Shown here one piece after another: positions 8,251 through 18,037 of a DNA stretch of 56,822 nt. The notes under the pieces were generated by a model. It was given only the letters and a program-made list of their open reading frames with translations, was not told where the DNA came from and searched no databases. Within the stretch, counting starts at the first letter, position 1. Each line of letters begins with the position of its first letter. Origin of the DNA: Myxococcota bacterium (GTDB taxonomy: Bacteria; Myxococcota; JACRCW01); NCBI GenBank assembly GCA_040752415.1, contig JBFMGU010000030.1:1-56822 (forward strand), read 5' to 3'. Made by a program: the position numbers and the translations under genes.

Positions 8251-10056
8251 ATGACGCGGGTGCCTCGGCTCCTTCCCCTCCTCGTCCTCGCTTGCGCTCC
8301 CGCTCCGTCGACAAACCCGCCAGCCCCGGACCATCCGCTCTGGTCGGCCGACGCGCAGAGCCTGGAGAACCCGCTGCCGGACGGCCGTCTCGTCGACGAG
8401 CGGGGGCACCTGAGGTTGCGCGAGGGCTGGTACATCCCCTTCCTCCCACGGCCCGCATCCACCAACGAGGCGGACGCGCTCTTCACCGGCTACGCCACGC
8501 ACCTCGCCGACCTCGACGGGTGGGGCACGTTTGCCTCCGGGCTCGTGCGGTTCAGCGCGCCGTTGGATGCGGACAGCGTACGCTCGGAGGACTTTGCGTT
8601 CGTTCCGCTCGACGATGATGCCGCGGTGGTTTCCGTCAACGCCATCTGGCGCGCGGACCCGGGGTTCGTCGAGGTGGAGCCGCGGTCGGTGCTGCGTCCG
8701 GCGTCACGGTATGCGCTGGTGGTCAGGCAGGGGCCCACCGCGAGTGGCAGACCGCTGGGGCGCGCTCCGGACTTCGACGCGTTTGCCCGCGGTGAAGGTC
8801 GCGCTGATGTGGAGAACGTGGCGACGCGGCTGGGCGTGGCGTCGGAGGCGTTGCTGCTCGTCGCCACGTTCCGCACCCAGGATGTGACCGCGGTGCTGCA
8901 GGAGGCCGCGCTGCGCGCGCAGGAGACCGTGCCCGAGGCGGTCATCATTCCCAGCAACAACCGCGAACAGCCGCGCGGCGTGTTCCTCCCCGACACCTTC
9001 GCCGACTACTTCCCGGGCAACACCTCCGGGCTGGGCGCGGCGGGGCGCGTGGTGATCGGCACGTACTGGTCGCGCGACTTCCGGAACGCGGACCGCATCA
9101 TGGACCTCGACGTCGTGGCGGGGCGGACACCGGCGCGGGAGGAGGACGTGGAGTTCGTGCTCGTGGAGCCGGACCCCGCGCTGCATCCGCCGCCCTGGCC
9201 CGCGGTGGTGGTGCAGCACGGCTTCAACGGCAACAACCGCTTCGTCATGCGCGTGGCGCGGGAGTTCAACGAGGCCGGCATGGCCGTCATCGGCATCGAC
9301 GCCATCGACCACGGCAGCCGCGGCAACGTGTTCAACTTCTTCAACGTGCAGGACGTGCGCGTGGCGCGGGACAACTTCCGTCAGACGGTGTTGGACCAGC
9401 TGCAGCTGGCGCGGCTGGCCTACGCGGGCGGCATCGACGTCGACGGTGTGGAAGGGCCCGACCTGGACGGGACCATCTCGTACTTTGGTCACTCCATGGG
9501 CGCCATCCTGGGGTCCACGTTCTCGTCGCTGGTGCACGGCGCGGGCGCGTCGGTGGTGAATGCCGCCGGGGGCGGATTGACGAGGATCTACCGTTCTCCC
9601 GGATTGAGCGGCGGCATTGCGCTGCTCACGCGTCCCTACCTGGGCCTGGACCTCGCCGACCCCGGTTACGAGGAGGCGCTGCCCATCCTGCTCTTTGCCG
9701 CGCAGGCCATCTTCGAGTCGGCCGACCCCATCAACTATGCCGCGCTGCAACAACAACGTCGTGACCGTGGGGAAGCTCCCCGCCTCCTCCTCCAGCTCGA
9801 CGTGGGCGACACGCTGGTTCCCAACACCGCCAGTGAAAACCTCGCCGACGCCATGGGCCTCACCGCACTCGACAGCGCGAAGCTCGACGTCCTGGGCGTG
9901 AACGCGCTGTGGCGCTGCGACCCCGCGCAGTTCGGCGTCTCCTCCGAGGAGAACCCGCACGACGCATACTTCCACGTGCCCGGACTGCGACGACAAGCGG
10001 TGAACTACATTGCTTCCGGCGGCACCGAGGTGGTGGACCCGGCGGATTCCCCATAG
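8251..10056 (+). CDS. Lipoprotein alpha/beta hydrolase (extracellular lipase-like) with N-terminal Ig-like region
   Basis: Lipobox LVLAC; QHGFNG oxyanion region, GHSMG nucleophile, GDTLVPN Asp, C-terminal His (NPHDAYF). Confidence 0.8.
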   Translation: MTRVPRLLPLLVLACAPAPSTNPPAPDHPLWSADAQSLENPLPDGRLVDERGHLRLREGWYIPFLPRPASTNEADALFTGYATHLADLDGWGTFASGLVRFSAPLDADSVRSEDFAFVPLDDDAAVVSVNAIWRADPGFVEVEPRSVLRPASRYALVVRQGPTASGRPLGRAPDFDAFARGEGRADVENVATRLGVASEALLLVATFRTQDVTAVLQEAALRAQETVPEAVIIPSNNREQPRGVFLPDTFADYFPGNTSGLGAAGRVVIGTYWSRDFRNADRIMDLDVVAGRTPAREEDVEFVLVEPDPALHPPPWPAVVVQHGFNGNNRFVMRVAREFNEAGMAVIGIDAIDHGSRGNVFNFFNVQDVRVARDNFRQTVLDQLQLARLAYAGGIDVDGVEGPDLDGTISYFGHSMGAILGSTFSSLVHGAGASVVNAAGGGLTRIYRSPGLSGGIALLTRPYLGLDLADPGYEEALPILLFAAQAIFESADPINYAALQQQRRDRGEAPRLLLQLDVGDTLVPNTASENLADAMGLTALDSAKLDVLGVNALWRCDPAQFGVSSEENPHDAYFHVPGLRRQAVNYIASGGTEVVDPADSP

Positions 10057-10158
10057 TTGAACACGTGGGGCCGCCACGACGTCCCATCGCCGTGCGGAAG
10101 CGTTCTCCCCGCGCCGCGCACCCGTGCTAGTTCACCGCTGAAATCCGGAGGACCGCAC

Positions 10159-10518
10159 ATGCGGACAGCCATTGTCTTCGCGTTGGCCCTGGCAGGCGTT
10201 GTCGCGCTGGCCAACTGCGCCACCAGCCGCTCATCCCAGGCCGACAAGCAGGCGCTCACCGACGAGGTGGCGGCGCTGAGGAAGGAGATTGACGCGCTCT
10301 CCCGTCGGCTCGACGGACTGCGCAGGGAGTCCGACGGGCGCGTCCAGTCGCTGGCTCCGCAAGGTACGGCGCTGGGCTTCCCCGGCGGAGACGCCGCGGC
10401 CTTGCGCGTGGAGTGGAGCTCCCTGCACGTGGGAAACCGTCTCAAGGGCACGCTCAGCCCGCGCGGTGGCGGTGAGCAGGTGGCCGGTGAGATCAACGTC
10501 AAGAAGGAGCGCCCATGA
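10159..10518 (+). CDS. Small lipoprotein with coiled coil, unknown function
   Basis: GGAGG RBS; signal ending LANC; heptad region; ATGA overlap with the next gene. Confidence 0.65.
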   Translation: MRTAIVFALALAGVVALANCATSRSSQADKQALTDEVAALRKEIDALSRRLDGLRRESDGRVQSLAPQGTALGFPGGDAAALRVEWSSLHVGNRLKGTLSPRGGGEQVAGEINVKKERP

Positions 10519-11660
10519 GCCGCGCCTTCGTGGGATTGCTGGTGCTTGCGCTGGCCGCGTGCGGCGGTCCCGACGAGGAGGAGGTGCGCCTGCGCAACGA
10601 GATCCAGCAGCTCAAGGCCAAGCGTGATGCGCTGGCGATGGAGATCGCGGGTCGGGAGCAGATTCGCAGCGTGCGTCCCGGCCAGGGCGCGGTGGCCGCG
10701 TTGGCTCCCGCGGACCTCGCCGCCGCGTATCAACGCGTCCTTCCGCTCGAGTTCGACGCGGGCCTGCTCGCCAACGAGGTGGAGGGCACCATCGTCGTGG
10801 AGGGCATCCGCGAGGCGACCGTCGACGGAAACACGCTGCGATTCACCGCCACCGGGAGGGGTCGCAACATCAAGCTCAAGGTCTACGTCCCGCCGCCGTA
10901 CGACAAGATGGCGCGGGAGCTCATTGACGGGCTGCAGACCGGGTTGGATCTCAAGCTGCGTGGCCAGCTCGCTTCCCACGACGGCGGCGTGAAGTTCCTG
11001 GGTCGGTGCGAGGGCGCGAAGCTGCACAAGAACGCCAAGGACCAGTACCACCGCCTCATCTGCCAGGGCGTCAATGATCGCCTCCTCAAGGAGGGACATC
11101 CCGTGACGCTGACCGCGGCCCGCAACGGTGCCAATGGCTGGCAGGTGCGTGGCGTGGTTCCCACCCAGGGACGTCTCGTCGTGGTGTTGGGCAGTGACGC
11201 GCCGCAACCGAACGCTCCCGCGCCACCGCCCGCGCCTGGTCCCAAGCCATCCGAGCCCATGGTGCATGCGCCGTCCAAGGAGGACCTGGCCCGTCATTGC
11301 GCGCTGATGCTCAACCAGCTGTGGCTGTGCAAGGCGCAGAGCGTGGACATGATCCTCGACGAGCGGGCCAAGGTGGATGCGGCGTTGGCGTCGGTGGCGG
11401 GCAATCCGGCCAAGCGCGCAGCGGCGCGGGATGGCATCAGCAAGGAGCTGGATCGTGATGGTGGTGGCGCGGAAGGGGAGCGGCTGAACCGGTGTCGCTC
11501 CGACGTCAACGGTGCACCCGCGCAGCTCCCGCAGGACTTCGTGGCGGAATACCAGGCGAGCAAGACGTGCTGGGACCAGCCGTGTCGTGACCGCGCGAGC
11601 TGTTTGCGTCCGTTCGTGGCCGCCGCGTTGAGGACGGACGCGGGACGCTGGCTGCGCTGA
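10515..11660 (+). CDS. Lipoprotein, unknown function (coiled coil, Pro linker, Cys-rich C-terminal domain)
   Basis: Lipobox LAAC; high GC3 codon usage; coupled to the upstream gene. Confidence 0.7.
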   Translation: MSRAFVGLLVLALAACGGPDEEEVRLRNEIQQLKAKRDALAMEIAGREQIRSVRPGQGAVAALAPADLAAAYQRVLPLEFDAGLLANEVEGTIVVEGIREATVDGNTLRFTATGRGRNIKLKVYVPPPYDKMARELIDGLQTGLDLKLRGQLASHDGGVKFLGRCEGAKLHKNAKDQYHRLICQGVNDRLLKEGHPVTLTAARNGANGWQVRGVVPTQGRLVVVLGSDAPQPNAPAPPPAPGPKPSEPMVHAPSKEDLARHCALMLNQLWLCKAQSVDMILDERAKVDAALASVAGNPAKRAAARDGISKELDRDGGGAEGERLNRCRSDVNGAPAQLPQDFVAEYQASKTCWDQPCRDRASCLRPFVAAALRTDAGRWLR

Positions 11661-11667
11661 CAGCGGG

Positions 11668-11926
11668 CCTGCGAGCGACAATGTCTCCGCATGGCGATCG
11701 GCGCTCGCTCTGGAGTGCGGTGTGAGCGCCATTGCGTCCGCGCGCCCCGTGGCAGCGAAGCACCGCCCTGGATCCGTCCACGACGTGGTTCACTGCTCCG
11801 AGGGTCAGCCCGGTGACGCTGATCCAGGGCGGTGCTTCGCGCCACTGGGCATGCGGACGCAATGGCGCTCACACCGCACTCCAGAGCGAGCGCCGGTCCA
11901 CATGCGGAGACATTGTCGCTCGCAGG
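11668..11926. repeat. Long inverted repeat, REP/REPIN-like, arms about 106 bp
   Basis: 11668-11774 is a near reverse complement of 11821-11926; carries TGGAGTGCGGTG and CACCGCCCTGGATC; between convergent genes. Confidence 0.9.
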
Positions 11927-11945
11927 ACGTGGTACCCGGGCGCTT

Positions 11946-13016
11946 TCACGCAAAGTGCGGCATCACTTCCTCGGCAAACGTCTTCATCGACTCCATGATG
12001 AGCTCGTGCGGCACGGTGCCCATCTGCATCACCAGGATCAGCTCGTCGACGCCGATGTCCACGAAGCGTTGCACCGTCTCCCGTGCACACACCGGGTCCC
12101 CCACGATGGTGGCCACCTGCGAGCCCGGCGCATTGCGCAGCTCCATCGCCTCTGTCAGCTCGTGCTCGGAGTGGAAGTCGCGGCTGATGGCCAACTCCCC
12201 CGTCGGACGGTCACCGCCCAGGTAGTAGCGGTTCAGCGCCTCCAGGAAGAACCGCGCGCCCCGCATCCCGTACTGACACGCCTTGCGGTCATCCTTCAGC
12301 ACCAGCGTCGCCGGCGTGCACGCGAAGTGGTTGTTCACCATGCGTCCCACCGGCTTCGCCGTTGCCACTGCGGCCCGGTAATCCGCCACCTTTTGCGTCA
12401 GGTAGTCATCCGAGCCGAACGCGAAGTTCAACGCGCCGAGTCCCAGTCTTCCCACCGCCGCCGCGGTGTCGGGCTTGGAGCACGCCGCGAACATGGGCGG
12501 ATGCGGCTGCTGCACCGGCTTGGGAATGACCTGCGTGGGGGGAATCTTGAAGAACCTCCCCTCGTGGCTGAACACGTCGGCGCTCCACATGCGCGGGATG
12601 ATCTCCACCGCCTCCAGCCACTGTTCGTGCAGCGTGGGGATGTCGTGCTCAAAGGCCTTCTGCTCGACGAGCGAGCTGCTCTTCCCCGATCCCCAGTTCA
12701 CGCGCCCGCCGCTCAGGATATCCAACGTGGCCACGCGCTCGGCGATGCGGATGGGGTGGTTGTAGCGCCAGGGCAGCAGCGTGACGCCGTGACCCACGCG
12801 GATGCGCCTGGTGCGCGCCGCCACGAAGGAGAGGAACACCTCCGGCGCCGACGAGTGCGAGTACTCATAGAGCCCGTGGTGCTCCACCTCCCAGATGCAG
12901 TGGTACCCGAGCTCCTCGGCGAACACGGCCTGGGTCAGGCAATCCTGGAACGTCTGCGCCTCCAGCGCGCGGGTGGGACGGGAGATCTGCATCTCGAAGA
13001 ACAACGAGAACTTCAT
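11946..13016 (-). CDS. LLM-class flavin-dependent oxidoreductase
   Basis: MKFSLF, AEELGY..W.VEHH, HPIRIAERVATLDILSGGR, PKPVQQPHPP. Confidence 0.92.
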   Translation of the reverse strand: MKFSLFFEMQISRPTRALEAQTFQDCLTQAVFAEELGYHCIWEVEHHGLYEYSHSSAPEVFLSFVAARTRRIRVGHGVTLLPWRYNHPIRIAERVATLDILSGGRVNWGSGKSSSLVEQKAFEHDIPTLHEQWLEAVEIIPRMWSADVFSHEGRFFKIPPTQVIPKPVQQPHPPMFAACSKPDTAAAVGRLGLGALNFAFGSDDYLTQKVADYRAAVATAKPVGRMVNNHFACTPATLVLKDDRKACQYGMRGARFFLEALNRYYLGGDRPTGELAISRDFHSEHELTEAMELRNAPGSQVATIVGDPVCARETVQRFVDIGVDELILVMQMGTVPHELIMESMKTFAEEVMPHFA

Positions 13017-14374
13017 GCGGCCTCTTGGTGGGTGACCCAGTTGGAGAAAGCGCGCACCACGCGGCCGCGCACTCCCGGCTGCTCGGTCTCACGCTGGAAC
13101 ATGGTGATCATCCCGCCCAGCAGGAAGCCGGACACCGGGTCGCCCTCCAGGCGCACGCGTCCGGTCAGCTGTGACGTCGTCAAATCCGCGCGGCGACCCA
13201 GCAGGTCCAGGAAGTGCTCCGCCTTCATGGTCACCGTGCCGGTGGGTGGTCGCGGCGCGGAGAACTGGATGCGCATGCGCCCGTCCCGCACCAGCATCCC
13301 GAAGTCACCACCACCTGGCCCCGTCAGGTTCAAGTGGATCAGCGCGGTGATTCCCTGCAGCTCCTGCACTGGGGGGCGCGTCAGCGTCGAGAGATCCACC
13401 ATGCGCAGGAACGCGAGGATGCGCCGGTCCGGACGCACGGGCACGGTGTCCAGGTAACGCTGCACCACCTCCACGCACGTGTTGCACCGCGGCTTCCACC
13501 CCAGCACCTCGCGCGCCTTCCGGCTCGACGCCACCATGGGCGCCCCGGAGTGCGTGAGCCACGCCGCGTCGGGCGTTCCCTCCCCCAGGCCCCACTCCTG
13601 CAACAGCCCCTGCACCCTGCCCACCGCGCGCGCCACCGACGAGGGAATGCGGATGGTGCGGAGCGCGGTGCGTTGGCTGAGCACGGTGGCGCTCACCGGC
13701 TCGTCGGCCACCACGTTGAAAGCGCCGTGCGCGCGCTGCTTGAGCGCCAGGATGAACGCGTCCGCCACGTCCTCGTCCCACACCAACGGCAGCAGCGCGC
13801 CGTCCACGTCGGGGAGCAGGCGGCGCTTGAAGCTGCCACCGTGGAAGTGCTCGATGCGCGCCCCAATGAAGATGGCCGGACGCATGCGCGCCACCGCCAC
13901 GTCGGGATGGAGCTGCTCGAACGCGTCCAGGAACTCCTCCACCTCGTACTTCGCCGACGCATAGGGGAAGTCGGGTTGGTGCACCCGTGGCGTGTCCTCG
14001 GTGATGGGGACGGGATGTCCCGGCACCACGCCGTACGCCGCAATCGACGACGCGTACACCACCTGCTTGATGCCCACGCGCGCCGCGGCGTTGAACACGC
14101 GCTTGCTGCCCTCCACGTTGATCTCGTCGAAGACCTCGCGCGGGATGAACCGGGTGACCACGAAGGCCAGGTGGATGAGCGCGTCCATGCCGGCGAGGTG
14201 TTGCTCCCAGCCATCCTCGCGCACGTCGGCGCGGAGGTACTGCAGCTTGCCGCTGGCCAGGATGGGCGGCCGCACGTCCAGGCAACGCACCGCCTTGATG
14301 GACCGGTCATCCATGAGGCGACGCAGCACCAGCGTGCCCAGCTCTCCGGAACCGCCTGTCACCGCGACCTTCAT
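13013..14374 (-). CDS. NAD-dependent epimerase/dehydratase fused to a C-terminal SCP2 sterol-carrier-like domain
   Basis: VTGGSGELG, HLAF, YASAK (YxxxK); C-terminal LTGPGGG...TGRVRLEGD. Confidence 0.85.
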   Translation of the reverse strand: MKVAVTGGSGELGTLVLRRLMDDRSIKAVRCLDVRPPILASGKLQYLRADVREDGWEQHLAGMDALIHLAFVVTRFIPREVFDEINVEGSKRVFNAAARVGIKQVVYASSIAAYGVVPGHPVPITEDTPRVHQPDFPYASAKYEVEEFLDAFEQLHPDVAVARMRPAIFIGARIEHFHGGSFKRRLLPDVDGALLPLVWDEDVADAFILALKQRAHGAFNVVADEPVSATVLSQRTALRTIRIPSSVARAVGRVQGLLQEWGLGEGTPDAAWLTHSGAPMVASSRKAREVLGWKPRCNTCVEVVQRYLDTVPVRPDRRILAFLRMVDLSTLTRPPVQELQGITALIHLNLTGPGGGDFGMLVRDGRMRIQFSAPRPPTGTVTMKAEHFLDLLGRRADLTTSQLTGRVRLEGDPVSGFLLGGMITMFQRETEQPGVRGRVVRAFSNWVTHQEAA

Positions 14375-14437
14375 GGGACCTCGCCTGGCGCGCGGAGCAT
14401 GGCCCAACTCCGTCCGCCAGGGGAGCCCACGACGTCC

Positions 14438-14653
14438 TCAGTGCAGCGGCGGATGCCCCGGTTGCTGGTAGCGATGGCTGCGATGCCACTCGCGCGAGTC
14501 CAGGTTCCCCATGCCGGGTTGCTCGTTGAGGGTGACCCGCGTGGCCTCCTCGCCCTCCGCCGGGATGCCGTGGCTCATGCCGCGCCAGCGTCGCAACGTA
14601 TACGCTGCCAGGAACACCACCGTGAGGGCCGCAATGACAATGAGCACCTTCAT
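14438..14653 (-). CDS. Small single-pass membrane protein
   Basis: GAGGTGGAG RBS; MKVLIVIAALTVVFLAAY followed by basic residues. Confidence 0.55.
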   Translation of the reverse strand: MKVLIVIAALTVVFLAAYTLRRWRGMSHGIPAEGEEATRVTLNEQPGMGNLDSREWHRSHRYQQPGHPPLH

Positions 14654-14797
14654 GGCTCCACCTCCCCGTGGGATTAACGGCGTCACGGCGAGGCGTCAGG
14701 GGCCCCTCGTGACGCGCCAGCGCGGGCTCGGACGTCCCTGCGTTTGCCGTGCCCAGTTGAACTAGTGTCCCGCCACCCCATCCCCCTTGGAGGAACC

Positions 14798-16444
14798 ATG
14801 GCGCACCCGCTCGCTGGCAAGGCCCCGGACAAGTCCATGCTCATCGACGTTGCCAAGCTCCGTGAGCAGTACCACCGCGAGCAACCCGACCCCGCCGTCG
14901 TGGAGCAGCGGGTGAGCTTTGGCACCAGCGGTCACCGCGGCAGCGCGGCGCGGCGCAGCTTCAATGAAGCACACATCCTCGCCGTGGTGCAGGCCACCTG
15001 CGAGTACCGGAAGAAGGAGGGCGTCGAGGGTCCGCTCTACCTGGGCGCCGACACCCACGCGCTCTCCGAGCCCGCGCAGAACACCGCGCTGGAGGTGCTG
15101 GCCGCGCACGAGGTGCAGGTGCACCACGCTGGCCAACAGGCCACGCCCACGCCGGTGATCAGCCACGCGATCCTGACGTACAACCGCGGCCGGAAGAGCG
15201 GGCTCGCCGACGGAATCGTCATCACGCCGTCCCACAACCCGCCCGAGGACGGCGGCATCAAGTACAACCCGCCCAACGGCGGCCCCGCCGACACCAACAT
15301 CACGAAGTGGATCGAGGACCGTGCCAACGAGCTGCTGCGGGAGGGCAACCGCTCCGTGAAGCGCATGCCGCTGGAGCGCGCGCTCAAGGCCGCCCACGTG
15401 CACCTGCGTGACTTCATCACGCCGTACGTCGAGGACCTGGGCAACGTGGTGGACATGGAGGCCATCCAGGGTGCCCGGCTGAACCTGGGCGCGGACCCGC
15501 TGGGTGGCTCCAACCTGGCCTACTGGAAGCCCATGGCGGCGCGGTGGGGACTCAACATCCACGTCGTCAATGACACGGTGGATCCCACGTTCTCCTTCAT
15601 GGCCGTGGACCACGACGGCAAGATCCGCATGGACTGCAGCTCCCCGCACGCCATGGCCAACCTGGTCCGCCTCAAGGACCGCTATGACCTCGCGTTCGGC
15701 AACGACACCGACTCCGACCGCCACGGCATCGTCACGCGCAGCGGCGGGCTGATGAATCCCAACCACTACCTCGCCGTGGCCATCTGGTACCTGTTCCAGA
15801 ACCGGCCGCAGTGGGGCGCGGGCGCCGCGGTGGGGAAGACATTGGTGAGCAGCGGCATGATCGACCGCGTGGCCGCGCATCTCCGTCGTCAGCTCAAGGA
15901 GGTGCCGGTGGGCTTCAAGTGGTTCGTCGACGGCCTGCTGGACGGCTCGCTGGGGTTTGGCGGCGAGGAGAGCGCGGGCGCGTCGTTCCTCCGTCGGGAT
16001 GGCACGGTGTGGTCCACGGACAAGGACGGCATCATCATGGACCTGCTGGCCGCGGAGATCCTGGCGCGCACCGGCAAGGACCCCTCGCAGCACTTCGCAG
16101 ACCTTAGCGGCAGATTCGGGACGCCCTATTACACGCGCATCGACCAGCCGGCCAACAGCGCCCAGAAGAACGTGCTGAAGAAGCTGAGCCCGGAGGCGGT
16201 CAAGGCCAGCACCCTCGCGGGAGAGCCCATCACCGCGCGCCTCACCCGCGCCCCGGGCAACAACGCGGAGATTGGCGGACTCAAGGTGGTCTCGGAGAAC
16301 GGCTGGTTTGCGGCGCGTCCGTCGGGGACGGAGGACGTCTACAAGGTCTACGCGGAGAGCTTCAAGAGCCAGGCGCACCTGGACCAGGTGGTGGCGGAAG
16401 CGCGCACCATCGTGGGTGAGGCGTTCAGGGCCGCCGGCGTGTGA
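14798..16444 (+). CDS. pgm: Phosphoglucomutase
   Basis: [26 protein letters not shown] and RPSGTE motifs; GGAGG RBS. Confidence 0.97.
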   Translation: MAHPLAGKAPDKSMLIDVAKLREQYHREQPDPAVVEQRVSFGTSGHRGSAARRSFNEAHILAVVQATCEYRKKEGVEGPLYLGADTHALSEPAQNTALEVLAAHEVQVHHAGQQATPTPVISHAILTYNRGRKSGLADGIVITPSHNPPEDGGIKYNPPNGGPADTNITKWIEDRANELLREGNRSVKRMPLERALKAAHVHLRDFITPYVEDLGNVVDMEAIQGARLNLGADPLGGSNLAYWKPMAARWGLNIHVVNDTVDPTFSFMAVDHDGKIRMDCSSPHAMANLVRLKDRYDLAFGNDTDSDRHGIVTRSGGLMNPNHYLAVAIWYLFQNRPQWGAGAAVGKTLVSSGMIDRVAAHLRRQLKEVPVGFKWFVDGLLDGSLGFGGEESAGASFLRRDGTVWSTDKDGIIMDLLAAEILARTGKDPSQHFADLSGRFGTPYYTRIDQPANSAQKNVLKKLSPEAVKASTLAGEPITARLTRAPGNNAEIGGLKVVSENGWFAARPSGTEDVYKVYAESFKSQAHLDQVVAEARTIVGEAFRAAGV

Positions 16445-16518
16445 CGCATGGCCTTGGGCCCGGTCTCCTCCCGGCGCAACCCCTTCATCCGAGCGCAGGC
16501 GCGTGGCATGGAGGGCCC

Positions 16519-17304
16519 ATGTTCGTCCTCTCCAAGCTGGCGTGGCTCCTCCTGGAACCGGCGCACGTGCTGGTGCTGCTGCTCTGCGTGGGGGTGGTGC
16601 TGCAGTGGCGCAACCGCGTGAAGGCCGCGCGGGTCACGCTCTCCGTCGTGGCGCTGGGCTTCCTGCTGCCTTCCGTGCTGCCACTCGGCAGGTGGATCGC
16701 CGGCGCCCTCGAGGATCGGTTTTCCCCGCCGGCGACAGAGGAGCGTGTCGACGGCGTCGTGGTGCTGGGCGGGGCGGTGAATGCGGCGCTGAGCGAAGCG
16801 CGGGGGCAGGTGAGCCTCAATGAAGCGGCGGAGCGCGTTACCACCCTGGTCGAGCTGGCTCGTCGCTACCCGGACGCCACGCTGGTGTTCACCGGCGGCA
16901 TTGGCTCGCTGCGTCGGGATTTTCCGCCGGAGGCGCAGGTGGTGCCGCGTTTCCTGGCCGCCATGGGGATGGACCCCGCGCGCGTCATCTTCGAGGACCA
17001 GTCGCGCAACACGCATGAGAACGCGGTGCTGACCTTTGCGCGCGTCCGTCCCACCACGGAGCAGCGCTGGCTCCTAGTCACCAGTGCCATGCACATGCCG
17101 CGCGCCATGGGCACGTTCCGTCGTGCGGGCTGGAACGTGGTGGCCTACCCCGTGGACTACGCCACCGACGGAAGTGCGGGCCTGCGGCCAGGATTCAGCG
17201 TGCTGGGCGGACTGGCGGAGCTCACCGGCGCGCTCAAGGAGGTGGCGGGTCTGATGGCCTACCGCATCCTGGGTCGGACCGACGCGCTGTTTCCCGCGCC
17301 CTGA
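16519..17304 (+). CDS. YdcF/ElyC (DUF218) family protein
   Basis: VVVLGG, FTGG, EDQSRNTHENA, LVTSAMHMPRA, YPVDY. Confidence 0.9.
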   Translation: MFVLSKLAWLLLEPAHVLVLLLCVGVVLQWRNRVKAARVTLSVVALGFLLPSVLPLGRWIAGALEDRFSPPATEERVDGVVVLGGAVNAALSEARGQVSLNEAAERVTTLVELARRYPDATLVFTGGIGSLRRDFPPEAQVVPRFLAAMGMDPARVIFEDQSRNTHENAVLTFARVRPTTEQRWLLVTSAMHMPRAMGTFRRAGWNVVAYPVDYATDGSAGLRPGFSVLGGLAELTGALKEVAGLMAYRILGRTDALFPAP

Positions 17305-17416
17305 CCGCGTGCGCGCCACCTGCGAGCGGTTATCTCCCTCGTGGAAGTCCGCGGTGACCCGCGAGCGATGACGGGAGCGTGGGCTGCGCGCCCGCCTCTC
17401 GTCGGCGGAGTGAGCC

Positions 17417-17926
17417 ATGCCCATGCCAGGCCGAGCCATCGAGTACCTCCGGGGCGAGCACAATGACCTCCGCAACCTCATCGCCCAGTACCGTCGCAGC
17501 GAGGACAACACCACGCGCCGCAAGCTGTTTGACCGCATCCGCGACATGATGGAGCTCCACGACGAAGTGGAGATGCAGCTCTTCTATCCCGCGGTGGCGG
17601 AGGCCGGTTCCGACGACGTGAAGGCCCTCATCGACGAGGCGCGCGCGGAGCACCGCGGTGTCGTGGACCTGATCGCGGACATTGGGGACGTGGCATCCGA
17701 CGCCACCAACCCGCGCTTCCGCACCGCCATGGACGCGCTCCTCGTCGACATCGAGGACCACCTGGGCCACGAGGAGACCTGGATCTTCCCGGTGGCGCAG
17801 CAGACGCTCACGCGCGAGGCGCTGGACCGGCTGGGCCGCGAGATGGACCGCATGAAGCTGGCCGCCGACGACCGCATCGACCACATCTCGCGCAGCAGCG
17901 CACCGGGGATGGAACGCCTCATCTGA
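17417..17926 (+). CDS. Hemerythrin HHE-domain protein
   Basis: EH, H...E...FYP, EH and H...EE..IFP pattern. Confidence 0.85.
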   Translation: MPMPGRAIEYLRGEHNDLRNLIAQYRRSEDNTTRRKLFDRIRDMMELHDEVEMQLFYPAVAEAGSDDVKALIDEARAEHRGVVDLIADIGDVASDATNPRFRTAMDALLVDIEDHLGHEETWIFPVAQQTLTREALDRLGREMDRMKLAADDRIDHISRSSAPGMERLI

Positions 17927-18037
17927 TCCCGCGGCCTGACGACGACAACCGTCCGCCAACCGGTGGTGCGCGGCGCGCCCTTGATGTCGCGCGCGGATGT
18001 GGGTAGGCCGGAGGCGTCATTCCGCGACGGAGGCGTC

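Noticed and set aside
4794..8618. Very long alternative-frame ORFs (1274 aa here; also 2417-4960, 28860-31679, 21666-23696)
   Set aside because: Shadow ORFs typical of high-GC DNA that overlap motif-supported genes on the other strand
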